IMG/VR virus record: IMGVR_UViG_3300025168_000070
Strand: one strand, 5' to 3'
Origin: an uncultured virus (IMG/VR IMGVR_UViG_3300025168_000070)
Lineage: Duplodnaviria; Heunggongvirae; Uroviricota; Caudoviricetes
Length of the DNA: 64,000 bases
The translations under genes were made by a program, and so were the position numbers. This document shows positions 52,937 to 62,886 of the stretch, piece by piece (position 1 is the first letter of the stretch; each line of letters starts with the position of its first letter). The notes under the pieces are model-generated. The model worked only from the letters and a program-made list of their open reading frames with translations, ran no database searches and had not been told where the DNA came from.

Positions 52937-54903
52937 CAGTTATCACCTCTAATGGTCTCATATGACTTAGCCCTAAATTGAGTCTCAGCCGGTGTGAGTG
53001 TTCTGTTCCATGCGCTAACCCATGTGTTGTATGCTTTTGAGTAAACATCAACTGGTGTTTCAATGCGCTCTTGGTTAAAGTAGTTAGCAACTACTTCTTT
53101 TGATTCAACAGTTGTTATTGTAGCAACTGCTTCTTCGTCTATGGATGCACCTACTGGTTTCATCTCAACTACTTTTTCTTCCACTACTGGGTGTGTTGCA
53201 TTCCATGATGCAATTAATCCAGTTAGTGTTGCAGATGAAAGGTCATCATGTCCTTTCATACCTAGAGATGATGCCTTTTCAACAAGGGTTGTTCTCTCTG
53301 CTTCTGCTTTCATAGCCTTTTCGTTCTCAAACTCCGCTACTTGGGCCTCAAGCAAAATCTTTTCTGCTCTAAGTGCTTCCATTTCTGCGGAATTATCTTG
53401 TGTATTAGTGTTGTCTGATTCGCTCATAATATTCACTTCTCCTTTCGGATGTTTTAATCCATTGTCAGAGTCATATATAACCGTAGCGGATAATTCAACC
53501 TCTTTACGTTCAACAGAATCAATTTTGGCTCTGCCGTATGCTGGATTGTGTACTATGGCTAAATGGTCGAATTGAAAATTAGAAGAGAATGTAATCATAC
53601 TTCTTCCGTTGTCATCTTCTTCTGCCGCATCAGGAATACCTGTACCACCTATTGATACTCCATATCCTTCTCTAAGCCAAAGACCTGATTCTAAACTTGA
53701 AAACAATTCTTCTCTTACTATATCAGCAGCAAACTTAACTTCCCAAGATGAGCCACTATAAATTACATAAGCATCCGATACATAACCTACTACTGCTTCA
53801 TCAATACCACCGGTCATATTACGTGTGAACCTACCATTCTTGATACTAGGATGATTTAGTGTAACATCAGCACCAACCATATTTACTGCTACCATTTCTG
53901 CTAACTTATTAGTTATCTGCCAATTGTTTTTGTTATATCCTTCGTGGAATGCAGTACCTTTCATGTGTACTAATGTTGAACCTGTTGATGCTTCTATACT
54001 GGTTGCTATTTCATCTATTTCTATTTCCAATGTTACAGCGACTTCAACACACTTACCATCTTGCATCTTTTTGCCCGGAGGACAAGAAGGAGCATTATTG
54101 TAATTTGCTTCACTTCCGTTTTTCTTTTCTTGATATGCTTCCATACTTTCACAAGGCATATACAATTTAGTACCATCTTCGTGTGTATGTGTATGTATAG
54201 AGGAACAACCTAATTCCTTTGCCCTCTCTCTTGCTTCATCAGGAGTACGGTATACATCATCTCCTTCTTCTTGAGCCTCTTTCTTAATTGGTATACAATT
54301 AGGTACTCTTCTTCCATCTTTCATTTTAGTACCGTATTGTTCGTACCCCTGCGTACAAGGGTCATCTTTATCTTTAGCCTCTAATTCTTGTTCAGCATCA
54401 GGGTCGTTCTTCCTGTACCATTCAATAAACTCTTCTTCGGTTTTAGCAGGGAAATATAATGTTCCTCCGTCTGCTGTTGTACTTGTATGTGTTTCTCCAT
54501 CAAAACCAATTTCTTCTGATTTCTTGATTGCTCCTTGTTCATCCATAAATATGTAATCTTCCATTTTTGCTTCCACTTTATTGCCACTTCTCCATTGTCT
54601 GCAAGACCAATATTTAGCCTTCCATTTAGGTCCGGGTTCTGAACAGTTATGTCTATCACGGAATGCCTTTCTTCTTTTAGGGTCATCTCTTTTGATTTCC
54701 ATATTTGGGTCTCCAAATCTAACTAAAACAACATTACCCTTTTCATTCTTAGTATAGACACCAAACTTCTTACTAGCACCCTTTGTTCTAAAAGGTTTGT
54801 TGAGTGTTACTTTTCGGCCTTGATATTCTGCCGCAGTTGCTTCCGTTTCTTCCCAGTTTTCATAGGCTATCTGTTCGCCACCACAGCCACATCCGCAACC
54901 CAT
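52936..54903 (-). CDS. prohead protease-scaffold protein with N-terminal accessory Cys/His modules
   Basis: AFHEG.NKN.W, LNHP, GVSIGG, FDHLAIV..PAY protease motifs; C-terminal coiled-coil scaffold. Confidence 0.8.
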   Translation of the reverse strand: MGCGCGCGGEQIAYENWEETEATAAEYQGRKVTLNKPFRTKGASKKFGVYTKNEKGNVVLVRFGDPNMEIKRDDPKRRKAFRDRHNCSEPGPKWKAKYWSCRQWRSGNKVEAKMEDYIFMDEQGAIKKSEEIGFDGETHTSTTADGGTLYFPAKTEEEFIEWYRKNDPDAEQELEAKDKDDPCTQGYEQYGTKMKDGRRVPNCIPIKKEAQEEGDDVYRTPDEARERAKELGCSSIHTHTHEDGTKLYMPCESMEAYQEKKNGSEANYNNAPSCPPGKKMQDGKCVEVAVTLEIEIDEIATSIEASTGSTLVHMKGTAFHEGYNKNNWQITNKLAEMVAVNMVGADVTLNHPSIKNGRFTRNMTGGIDEAVVGYVSDAYVIYSGSSWEVKFAADIVREELFSSLESGLWLREGYGVSIGGTGIPDAAEEDDNGRSMITFSSNFQFDHLAIVHNPAYGRAKIDSVERKEVELSATVIYDSDNGLKHPKGEVNIMSESDNTNTQDNSAEMEALRAEKILLEAQVAEFENEKAMKAEAERTTLVEKASSLGMKGHDDLSSATLTGLIASWNATHPVVEEKVVEMKPVGASIDEEAVATITTVESKEVVANYFNQERIETPVDVYSKAYNTWVSAWNRTLTPAETQFRAKSYETIRGDN

Positions 54904-55021
54904 GATTGTCGCAGTATTCCACTAACTTATCAACTTTATGAAACTTAAGGTAGTTTATCGGGATTAATGAACATAAACGCTAGGATAAACAACCCCATCA
55001 TAAAACAACAGAAATCAATCA

Positions 55022-55858
55022 TTATTGAACATCCACAGCATACCAGTCAACCGCCCTAGTATAATCACCATGTATTTCAAATGTAGCGTGTATATCGTAT
55101 TTACCTTTTACTAACCCACCAGCACTTACATTAACATAATCCCAATCTTGGTAATATGTTTCGTATGTTAATTCCGGTTGTATTTTAGTCCAGTTGCCTG
55201 ATTCGTTTTCATAAACAGTCCAAATGACCGTTAAGTTATGTGGTTCGTTATCACAAGCCAAATCAGCATCCCAAATGAATGTTATAGTAGTATTATTGTA
55301 TTCAAAGTAAGCATCATACATTTCAGGGTCGCATGGCTGTCCTTCTCTATATTCGCACGAACCATCGTCATAATCTGCATATGGGTCATAGTTAGTTGCT
55401 GTATCATCAGTACATCCGTATGTTTCTTCCGGTTCTTCTTCGTATTCGCACGAACCATCATCCTCTTCTGCTTCTGAATCATAATTCAAAGCATCAGGGT
55501 CGGTGCAACCTTCGGGTCGCACAATGACGGTATCGTTATTCCCATTAGTAAATGAATTATCATCGGGCTCATCAGAACCATCTCGGCAGTTTTTGTATCC
55601 ATCATTAACTAAAGAGTTTTGTATTACTGAACCATCTCCACAAGTAAAGTCATCACCCATTTCCCAATCATCATCAGTAACCCATTCGTCATCTCCATCA
55701 CCGTATGGTGTAAGGTCTAGAATACCTACTGCTTCCATTCCGGGCATTACTATCGCTATGATAGATGCGAGGGTAATGATTAAAGACCTTAATTCTTGCG
55801 CTCTATCATTAATTGTTTCTATTATTGACTCTGCTTCCTCTGCTGTCAACATCCTCAC
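55022..55858 (-). CDS. membrane-anchored Ca-binding surface protein with LDLa-like and GCTD repeats
   Basis: TM helix; FTCGDGS...VNDG..NCRDGSDE; two GCTD..A.NY...A..DDGSC repeats. Confidence 0.75.
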   Translation of the reverse strand: MRMLTAEEAESIIETINDRAQELRSLIITLASIIAIVMPGMEAVGILDLTPYGDGDDEWVTDDDWEMGDDFTCGDGSVIQNSLVNDGYKNCRDGSDEPDDNSFTNGNNDTVIVRPEGCTDPDALNYDSEAEEDDGSCEYEEEPEETYGCTDDTATNYDPYADYDDGSCEYREGQPCDPEMYDAYFEYNNTTITFIWDADLACDNEPHNLTVIWTVYENESGNWTKIQPELTYETYYQDWDYVNVSAGGLVKGKYDIHATFEIHGDYTRAVDWYAVDVQ

Positions 55859-56193
55859 CTCTTGCCGCCATAGTATTCGGTAGCATGACCCTCACTTATC
55901 AACTGTGCGTTGACGTTGGTTTTATTTGCATACAAGGTTCCTAAACAACGACCAAACTTACCTACACCATGCGACTTTAAAACTATGTCTTTGTTTTCTA
56001 ATAGTTGGTCTAATCTCTCTTTAGCGGCTAGACCTAATTTCTTTTCTTCTAAATCTCTAGTACGGGATTCAGGAGCATTTATACCATGTAGTCTAACTCT
56101 TACGTTAAAATGGACTTTAAAACCCAAATCAACTCTAACGTCAACAGTATCACCATCAACTACACGTAATATTTCTGCATTGTACTCAAACAT
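55855..56193 (-). CDS. thermonuclease (SNase family)
   Basis: RVVDGDTVD, RVRL.GINAPE, GKFGR.LG, N..LI.EGHA. Confidence 0.9.
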   Translation of the reverse strand: MFEYNAEILRVVDGDTVDVRVDLGFKVHFNVRVRLHGINAPESRTRDLEEKKLGLAAKERLDQLLENKDIVLKSHGVGKFGRCLGTLYANKTNVNAQLISEGHATEYYGGKR

Positions 56194-56254
56194 TATACCA
56201 CCACACCTATTAGTTTAAGAAAAAACACAAAGATAGGATGTCCTTCGTAATTCA

Positions 56255-56782
56255 TTACTTTCTTGCATCCTTTACCTTGCCGTTGGTAATTTGGTATGCT
56301 TCCATATCTAAAGTGTGTTGTTTTTGCATCTTTTCCATTTCTAGGTCATGCTTCATTTTAAACTCTTCCAACAGTCTTACGTGTGTCTTTTCAGCGTCAG
56401 TTGCTTGAACATCGGCTGAAAGCCTGTCAGGTAAAACTGCTATTTTAGCACTTTCTTTACCTTTGAATAAATCTAGTACACTTGTTATAATAAGTAGTGC
56501 CGGACCACCTAATAGTCCTATAACTGTAAGTTGTGAATCTGATATATCTCTTTGTTCAACAATACTAAAGTATGATGCTGTTGCCGCTATGACAACCCAA
56601 GCCATAACTACACCCATACCAAAAGTCAACATAAGAGTTTCATTAGGATTAGTCATTTTCATCTGTACCACACTCTTTACAGGAGGTCTTTGATTTATCA
56701 ACTTAGCCCCTAGCAAACCTAACATAAATAACCCACCATATATACTTATTAACAATATTATATCTGTCTCATATTGATTCAT
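56255..56782 (-). CDS. multi-pass membrane protein
   Basis: three hydrophobic segments and a C-terminal coil. Confidence 0.65.
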   Translation of the reverse strand: MNQYETDIILLISIYGGLFMLGLLGAKLINQRPPVKSVVQMKMTNPNETLMLTFGMGVVMAWVVIAATASYFSIVEQRDISDSQLTVIGLLGGPALLIITSVLDLFKGKESAKIAVLPDRLSADVQATDAEKTHVRLLEEFKMKHDLEMEKMQKQHTLDMEAYQITNGKVKDARK

Positions 56783-58248
56783 TCAGTTGTCTCCAAGTCA
56801 TCTTGTGCTGGCTCCTCAACCTCTTCCTCTTCTATATCCGGTGTTGTATCTTCAACTCCGGGTTGTGAATCTCTTCTTGGTAGCCTACCAGTAGGTGCGC
56901 CACCTTCCTCATCCTTTCTAATATCTCCTGATGTTCCAATATCAGGTTCTCCTATTACTTCTAACGCTTGGTTTAATGTTAACAAACCTGAATTATAGCC
57001 TAATACAGACCTTTGCATACGCACACTAGGAGATTCATCCTCGACTGGAGAAAACTCTAATTTAGGTATATCTTTCATTTGGTGTTCTATACCCATCAAT
57101 TCTAAATGTTTTGAAAACATATCTTGGATTGATTGGGCTAATATTCCTTGTAGTCTCTTAATTGCAGTAGTAGCCCACACGTTAGCGTTATATGTAGCCG
57201 CAAACGTGGAACCTCTTTCCTGCCCTGCTGCTACTCTTGGGACTTGTAGTACAGCCGCTATGTCTGCATTTACAGTATCTAAGAATGATGTATTGTCAGG
57301 TATAGTGTTTCTAGTATCAGTATGGTGTATTTCTATATAATCAGGGAATATAGGTACTTGGTCTCCTCTAAGGGATTCTAAGGTTTTTACTACCTCATCC
57401 ATGATAAAAGTAAGTCTTGCTCTTTGTTCATCAGGGTCGCTTATGTGTTCAATGGCAGAACTGTTAATGGTTATAAACTGCTTAGTCATTGACTCTTCCA
57501 AAGCCATTCTGTTGTTCAATGTGTTATATTTTGCTCTTATTGCTTGTTTTAACGAAGAAAACCTAGATGCTCCCCAAATACCATAAGTCTCTCTGTTTTC
57601 AGAATCTAAGAACCAATTGCTTCTATAATCTATCCTAATATGTAAAATCTCATCAGCATTGAATTGTTCCTCTGTTGAATCTCCTTCTCTGATAATATAT
57701 GTGGTTGCTTCGACAATTGGGTTCATCCTATCTGTTTGTTCTGTACTCGGCCTACCATCAGTTATTGTCATTTGTGATATAGGTAATGATTGAACCTGTG
57801 TTATACCTACTCCTGTCCTACCAACAAGTTTACTCATGTCATTACCGTACACCATCAAGTTTCTCATACCGTTAATAAGTATATCATCAAAGTCTATTGT
57901 TTCTTCGACTAACATCCTTATACCTTCTCTTAGTTTAGCATTCTTAGCAGTTTTATAGTTTATTTCGTAATTGTTCGCAGTTAAAGATACTGCACGTACA
58001 GCACCGTTCAATTCAGGGTCTAACTCTAACATTGAATCATATATATCAAAGTCAGTAGTAAAATTAGTATTTGCTCTCAAACGGTTGCTTTGGCTCATAA
58101 TATCGCTAAGACCAGCAGCAGCCGCAAGAAGTAAAGGATTTTCGCTAGAATCAGCCCTTCGTGCGTTAGCCCATCCGCTTGCGATGTTTATTTCACTTTT
58201 TTCGGAGATATTTTCCGTTCTTCCGAGTATTCTGTCGAATAATCCCAT
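56779..58248 (-). CDS. portal protein
   Basis: YD.M...DPEL.GAV, L.VYGN, EILHIR, IAAVLQVP, GLLTLNQA; position upstream of head genes. Confidence 0.85.
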   Translation of the reverse strand: MGLFDRILGRTENISEKSEINIASGWANARRADSSENPLLLAAAAGLSDIMSQSNRLRANTNFTTDFDIYDSMLELDPELNGAVRAVSLTANNYEINYKTAKNAKLREGIRMLVEETIDFDDILINGMRNLMVYGNDMSKLVGRTGVGITQVQSLPISQMTITDGRPSTEQTDRMNPIVEATTYIIREGDSTEEQFNADEILHIRIDYRSNWFLDSENRETYGIWGASRFSSLKQAIRAKYNTLNNRMALEESMTKQFITINSSAIEHISDPDEQRARLTFIMDEVVKTLESLRGDQVPIFPDYIEIHHTDTRNTIPDNTSFLDTVNADIAAVLQVPRVAAGQERGSTFAATYNANVWATTAIKRLQGILAQSIQDMFSKHLELMGIEHQMKDIPKLEFSPVEDESPSVRMQRSVLGYNSGLLTLNQALEVIGEPDIGTSGDIRKDEEGGAPTGRLPRRDSQPGVEDTTPDIEEEEVEEPAQDDLETTE

Positions 58249-58285
58249 ATTTGCTAGAGATTGTCAATGCCTTATCATCCTTTCG

Positions 58286-58561
58286 CTAAAGCATTTGATA
58301 AATAATAAACAATATCATACCCATACCACCAGTAGTTTGTGCTACTCTCTTGGTAATAAACCGGTCTAAACTGTAAACAGGACCATCTAGTATCTTTTCT
58401 TGGTTGTTTTTAACTACGCCAAGTGAAGTTTCGACTTCACTCAATCTTAATCCGTGAGTTGAATGTTCCTTCTGTTGTTCTCTTAATACGGTTTTAATAT
58501 CTGAAACATCATCTCTTACTAAATCTAACCTTGCCATTACAGCAAGTGTGGCATCATCCAT
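58286..58561 (-). CDS. coiled-coil protein with C-terminal TM helix (holin-like?)
   Basis: RL..VE coil and hydrophobic tail. Confidence 0.5.
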   Translation of the reverse strand: MDDATLAVMARLDLVRDDVSDIKTVLREQQKEHSTHGLRLSEVETSLGVVKNNQEKILDGPVYSLDRFITKRVAQTTGGMGMILFIIYQML

Positions 58562-58611
58562 TATTCAACAACAAATCACTTCGATATATCACTCTTTAGT
58601 TGAATGTATGT

Positions 58612-58776
58612 TTTTATTCTTTTTGTTGTCAAAATTAATAAATACAAATTACTTGCTTTCAGTACAGCGTTTATTTTATTCTTTCATTACTCTATAAGAC
58701 ATTTAGAGATTTATACTACCCCCTTTTACTAAAATACCTTATAGAGTATAAAAAGAATTAAAAAATCGTTATACTG
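58612..58776. repeat. AT-rich imperfect palindromic element, copy 2
   Basis: arms 58660-58698 and 58738-58776; homologous to the reverse complement of 6912-7074. Confidence 0.75.
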
Positions 58777-58857
58777 GTCTAAAGTAATCTTTCTGAATTA
58801 ATTAAAAACAACAAAAACAATTAAAGTTAATAAGGCATCCCTTTCTTAGTACGGTAT

Positions 58858-60090
58858 ATGGGAAGGGGCTCAAGCATGAAACCATCCGAATTGCAGATAA
58901 TACGAAAACACCAAGAAGACTGGCATGAATTAGGTTCAGATACAGCATTTGCTAGGTATCTGAGTAGTGTTTATGATGATAAGTCAACAGAGGCTTGGCG
59001 TTGGCAGGTACGGACCTTTAGAAAAGATTTTTCCGATGAAGTACCTGAAACATTCTATGGTAAGGCTAGTAAACTAGATAACTTTATTCCTAAATCTTGG
59101 GAAGGTACTGCTAGTAGTTTATCTAGAAAATTACACGCAGAACATCCTGAGATAAGTGTTAAGGCTTGGGAGGCTAGAATACACAATGCTAAACATAACA
59201 ACGCAATAACTATCATTGAAAAGAATGAGTTTACTACTACACATCTAAAAGGTATGTCTCAAGGTATAGAAGATTTATGGGCTTCTGTTGAAGAGTTATC
59301 TTCAAAGAGTATTAATAATATGGAAAGTGCTAGATGGGCTGAAATAACATTCAATACCAAAGGGTACATAGGTGTAGCACTAGCAAGCGACCAACATATA
59401 GGTAATAGTTATACGGACCACGCACGTATGCGTGAAGATGCTGAATTAGTCCGTGATACAGATAATTGCTTTGTTATCCACGCTGGAGACTTTATTGACA
59501 ACTTTATGATTGACAAACCAAGACCTGCTATGAAACAAAAAATCCCTCCGTCTGTTCAATGGAAGTTATGCGACCATTACCTAGATATGTTTGAAGATAA
59601 GATATTAGCCGTAGTAGCGGGTAATCACGACCTTTGGACTAGTGGTGCAACAGACTACGACCCTCTTGCTAAAAAAGTAGCAGACTTGGATGTCATCTAT
59701 CACGCCCACGAATTGAATATTCGTCTGTTAGTTAACAATATCCCCTATAACTTCTCTATTAGACATAAAAGAAGAGGTAATTCAGCACTTAACCCTGCTA
59801 GAGTAATTAAAAAGATGTGGGAAGACGGAGAGTGTGATTTCGACATAGGTGTAGTAGGTCATCACCATACACCAGTAATAGAACCATTCACAAGACATGG
59901 TATGGAGCGTTGGGCTATTAGGCCGGGTTCATATAAATTAATAGACAGTTTTGCTGAAATGATTGGTTTTCAGAAAGAAAGGGCTACCTGTCCTATGGTT
60001 ATACTATCCCCTGATAAAAGAAGCATACAAGTATTCTCAGATTTAAGAGATGGCGTTGCTACTCTAAAAACACTTAATGGTGGTAAATAA
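58858..60090 (+). CDS. calcineurin-like metallophosphoesterase with duplicated N-terminal HTH-like repeats
   Basis: SDQHIG, GDFIDN, GNHD, RHK, GHHH. Confidence 0.85.
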   Translation: MGRGSSMKPSELQIIRKHQEDWHELGSDTAFARYLSSVYDDKSTEAWRWQVRTFRKDFSDEVPETFYGKASKLDNFIPKSWEGTASSLSRKLHAEHPEISVKAWEARIHNAKHNNAITIIEKNEFTTTHLKGMSQGIEDLWASVEELSSKSINNMESARWAEITFNTKGYIGVALASDQHIGNSYTDHARMREDAELVRDTDNCFVIHAGDFIDNFMIDKPRPAMKQKIPPSVQWKLCDHYLDMFEDKILAVVAGNHDLWTSGATDYDPLAKKVADLDVIYHAHELNIRLLVNNIPYNFSIRHKRRGNSALNPARVIKKMWEDGECDFDIGVVGHHHTPVIEPFTRHGMERWAIRPGSYKLIDSFAEMIGFQKERATCPMVILSPDKRSIQVFSDLRDGVATLKTLNGGK

Positions 60091-60320
60091 TGAATGAAGG
60101 TTGGGCGACAGACGACTCCTGTGTTGTAATAGGAGAATCTCACGATGACGAAGATTCATTAGTCATTTGTTTGATTGATGAACATGGTTCTATGATGTCT
60201 GCCATATTAGAAAGGTCTGAAATAGAAGGCTTAGTTGATTTTATGGCTGAATGGATAGGTTATCCCTTAATATTGAATAGTAGTAAAATAGGTGGTTATG
60301 ATGACTGGTCTAATGAGTAG
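60090..60320 (+). CDS. hypothetical acidic protein
   Basis: TAATG-coupled ORF. Confidence 0.6.
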   Translation: MNEGWATDDSCVVIGESHDDEDSLVICLIDEHGSMMSAILERSEIEGLVDFMAEWIGYPLILNSSKIGGYDDWSNE

Positions 60321-61809
60321 TTTTAATTTACAAAGAAGTAAATACGACCATCAACACTTTTACGAATGGTTAGGTTATACTTGGGGTAATCACATAGGTG
60401 ATTGGTTTGAGTTATTTAACGATAGAAAAGGTTCGCAAGTACACCGTGTATTATTGATAGCACCAAGAGACCATAGTAAATCCACTACATTAAGAGTCAA
60501 AGCATTACATTCTGCTTTGTTTGAAAAATGGCGTAATAAACCTTTTACTACTTGGTTGTTCTCTGCTAGTAAAGACCTAGCGGCTAATAGGTTAGAAGAA
60601 ATAAGAGAAGACATGAGAAGACATCCTGACCTATCTAAAATGTTAGATGAGAAGCGTGGCGGTAAATGGGAGTTGCGTTTGACTAATGGTTCTTGGATTA
60701 AAGCCTCATCAGTAGGTTCTGCTATTCGTGGTGAACATCCTGCTCGTATTATCCTAGATGACGTTCTTGATGATTCAGGAGATATGTCTGATGATGTAGT
60801 AAGAAATTGGTTTCGTAAGAAAATGACTCCTATGCTGAGTCCTGATACATCTATATTTGTAGTAGGTACTCCATTAGCCCTTACAGACCTATATCATACA
60901 GAAATGTTGAACAATCAGGCTTGGAAGACTTGGAAGGAAGGTAGTATCTTAAATTACGATGAGTGGTCTAAAGACCCCGATAATGTTATCCCCGAATGTC
61001 TATGGCCTGAATATAGAAGTGTTGAGTTTCTTTTAGAGCAACGTGTTGCTATGGGTGAGTTAGCCTTTTCACAAGAGTACCTATGTAGGGTAGTTGATGA
61101 TGACTCTGCTGTATATCCTTCAAGAATGACTAGAAAAAACTTAGATATGGATGCTATACTAGAATATGATAAGAAACATACTTCTAGATATGTTATTGGT
61201 TTTGACCCTTCACATGGTATAGGTAAAGATTATAGCGTTATGGTTGTGTTAAGGCAAGATACAGAAGGGTTCTTACACGTTGTTAATATTTGGAGGCATA
61301 ATGATTTTGAACCTAGTAAACAAGCAGACGAAATTATTAGGTTATGTTCTCTATATAAGAATCCTGTGTTTGCTGCCGAGTCTGCTGGTTTTCAGAGGTT
61401 GTATCAAGCGTTGCTATTAAACAAAGGAGCCAATGTTGATTATAGAGCAAGTCCAGTACAGAACAGAGTTATGAAGCAATCACTACTTATGAGACTAAGA
61501 AGTTGGTTTGAACAGGGTAAAATTGTTATCCCCTATGGAAACGACCATACTAGAAAGATAATGAATGAGATGTTAGAAGAGTTAGAGACTCATGCTTGGG
61601 ATGGGGGCATCATTGTCGATAAAGGTAGGCATAACGATATTGTTATGGCTCTTGCTCATGCTGTGGACCAGTTTCAAAGTAAGCAAGGAAACACCTCTCC
61701 TATGGTTGGAGGTAGTGCTTCTGTTGGTTCTTGGGGTAAATCTAAGGATGAACCTAGAGGTAAACCTCATAGAGACTCTAACTCTAGGTATGTTAGGTTT
61801 AGACTTTAA
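60292..61809 (+). CDS. terL: terminase large subunit
   Basis: APRDHSKST Walker A, RGEHP, IILDD Walker B, VGTP, FSQEY, GFDPS..DYS, HNDIVMA nuclease; start uncertain (60298-60313). Confidence 0.92.
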   Translation: MVMMTGLMSSFNLQRSKYDHQHFYEWLGYTWGNHIGDWFELFNDRKGSQVHRVLLIAPRDHSKSTTLRVKALHSALFEKWRNKPFTTWLFSASKDLAANRLEEIREDMRRHPDLSKMLDEKRGGKWELRLTNGSWIKASSVGSAIRGEHPARIILDDVLDDSGDMSDDVVRNWFRKKMTPMLSPDTSIFVVGTPLALTDLYHTEMLNNQAWKTWKEGSILNYDEWSKDPDNVIPECLWPEYRSVEFLLEQRVAMGELAFSQEYLCRVVDDDSAVYPSRMTRKNLDMDAILEYDKKHTSRYVIGFDPSHGIGKDYSVMVVLRQDTEGFLHVVNIWRHNDFEPSKQADEIIRLCSLYKNPVFAAESAGFQRLYQALLLNKGANVDYRASPVQNRVMKQSLLMRLRSWFEQGKIVIPYGNDHTRKIMNEMLEELETHAWDGGIIVDKGRHNDIVMALAHAVDQFQSKQGNTSPMVGGSASVGSWGKSKDEPRGKPHRDSNSRYVRFRL

Positions 61810-62129
61810 AATGCAAGTATAGCAACAATAGCATCGTTACCGGGGTCTCCTGAGAATACAACAGTTACAGCGTTGTCTCCAGTAGCCTTTGCGGTTTTTA
61901 TGGTTATGTTGTTAGTACCATCGTCTTTTAGGGTTGCGATAATCTTAGAAGCAGTAGTTACTCCAGCAACAGTTAGTGCTTCGCTTGCAGCACCTCCGGC
62001 TGTTGTTACTTCCACAGCGTAATCCGCAAGTACATTAGTTACAGCACTTGATAAGTCTGCTGTATCCACTCCACCATCTTGTATGTGGTGTCCCATTATT
62101 ACATTTTTCAGTTGTCGGTTCTTTGGCAT
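61806..62129 (-). CDS. small Ala/Thr/Val-rich probable virion protein
   Basis: 107 aa beta-rich ORF convergent with terL. Confidence 0.6.
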   Translation of the reverse strand: MPKNRQLKNVIMGHHIQDGGVDTADLSSAVTNVLADYAVEVTTAGGAASEALTVAGVTTASKIIATLKDDGTNNITIKTAKATGDNAVTVVFSGDPGNDAIVAILAF

Positions 62130-62382
62130 AACATATCGTCATGTTCTCTGATATATGAAGATTTTGTAAACTTTATAATCTTTTATAGGGGATTTAGTGG
62201 TTTTGAAAAAAAATAAAAAAAATAACGAGAGGGGGTTGGCGTACTACTGGGTCCACTAGGGTCCCATTTTTGGCCCTAATTTTAGTATAGATTCTTCGGT
62301 TGCTAAATCGAGAAAAACGCTGTACTGAGAGCCTATTAGTCGGTTGCTAAGTGTTAAAAACTAGGATGGTGTCCGAAGAATC

Positions 62383-62886
62383 ATGGAGTTTACAAAAACA
62401 CCCGCAGAGGATGATACCGATAATACGACTAGGGAGGACCCCTTAAGGGGTCCTGACCTTGAAAGACCTGACTTCGGTCCGGCAATTTTTGACCTAGTTT
62501 CAGGAAATGTGTTCAAAGTACCCGTCGAACACTCCTCGATTCAGGCCCTTGAACACTTTAGTGTTCATTTCGATGCTGACCCCACTTCCGAAGAGGCTCA
62601 GTTGCTAATACAGGTTTTAGATAATGACGGCTATTATCAGACAGGTTTTATCTCAATTACAGACTTAGAAACGTATGACTGGGACGCTATCGACCTGATG
62701 CTTGAAGAACTGGTATATCACGATAATTGCGACCAATTTACATCCGTTTTCTGTGCAGAAACGGCGATTGAAGCCCTCGATGATTGGACGGTTATGGTTG
62801 GTCAAATTATGACTAGTGGAATCGCTGTACTGCTCGACTATATCGGCGATTATGATGACCATACGTCGGTTGGTTCTCTATACTGA
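62383..62886 (+). CDS. hypothetical very acidic protein
   Basis: 167 aa ORF. Confidence 0.6.
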   Translation: MEFTKTPAEDDTDNTTREDPLRGPDLERPDFGPAIFDLVSGNVFKVPVEHSSIQALEHFSVHFDADPTSEEAQLLIQVLDNDGYYQTGFISITDLETYDWDAIDLMLEELVYHDNCDQFTSVFCAETAIEALDDWTVMVGQIMTSGIAVLLDYIGDYDDHTSVGSLY

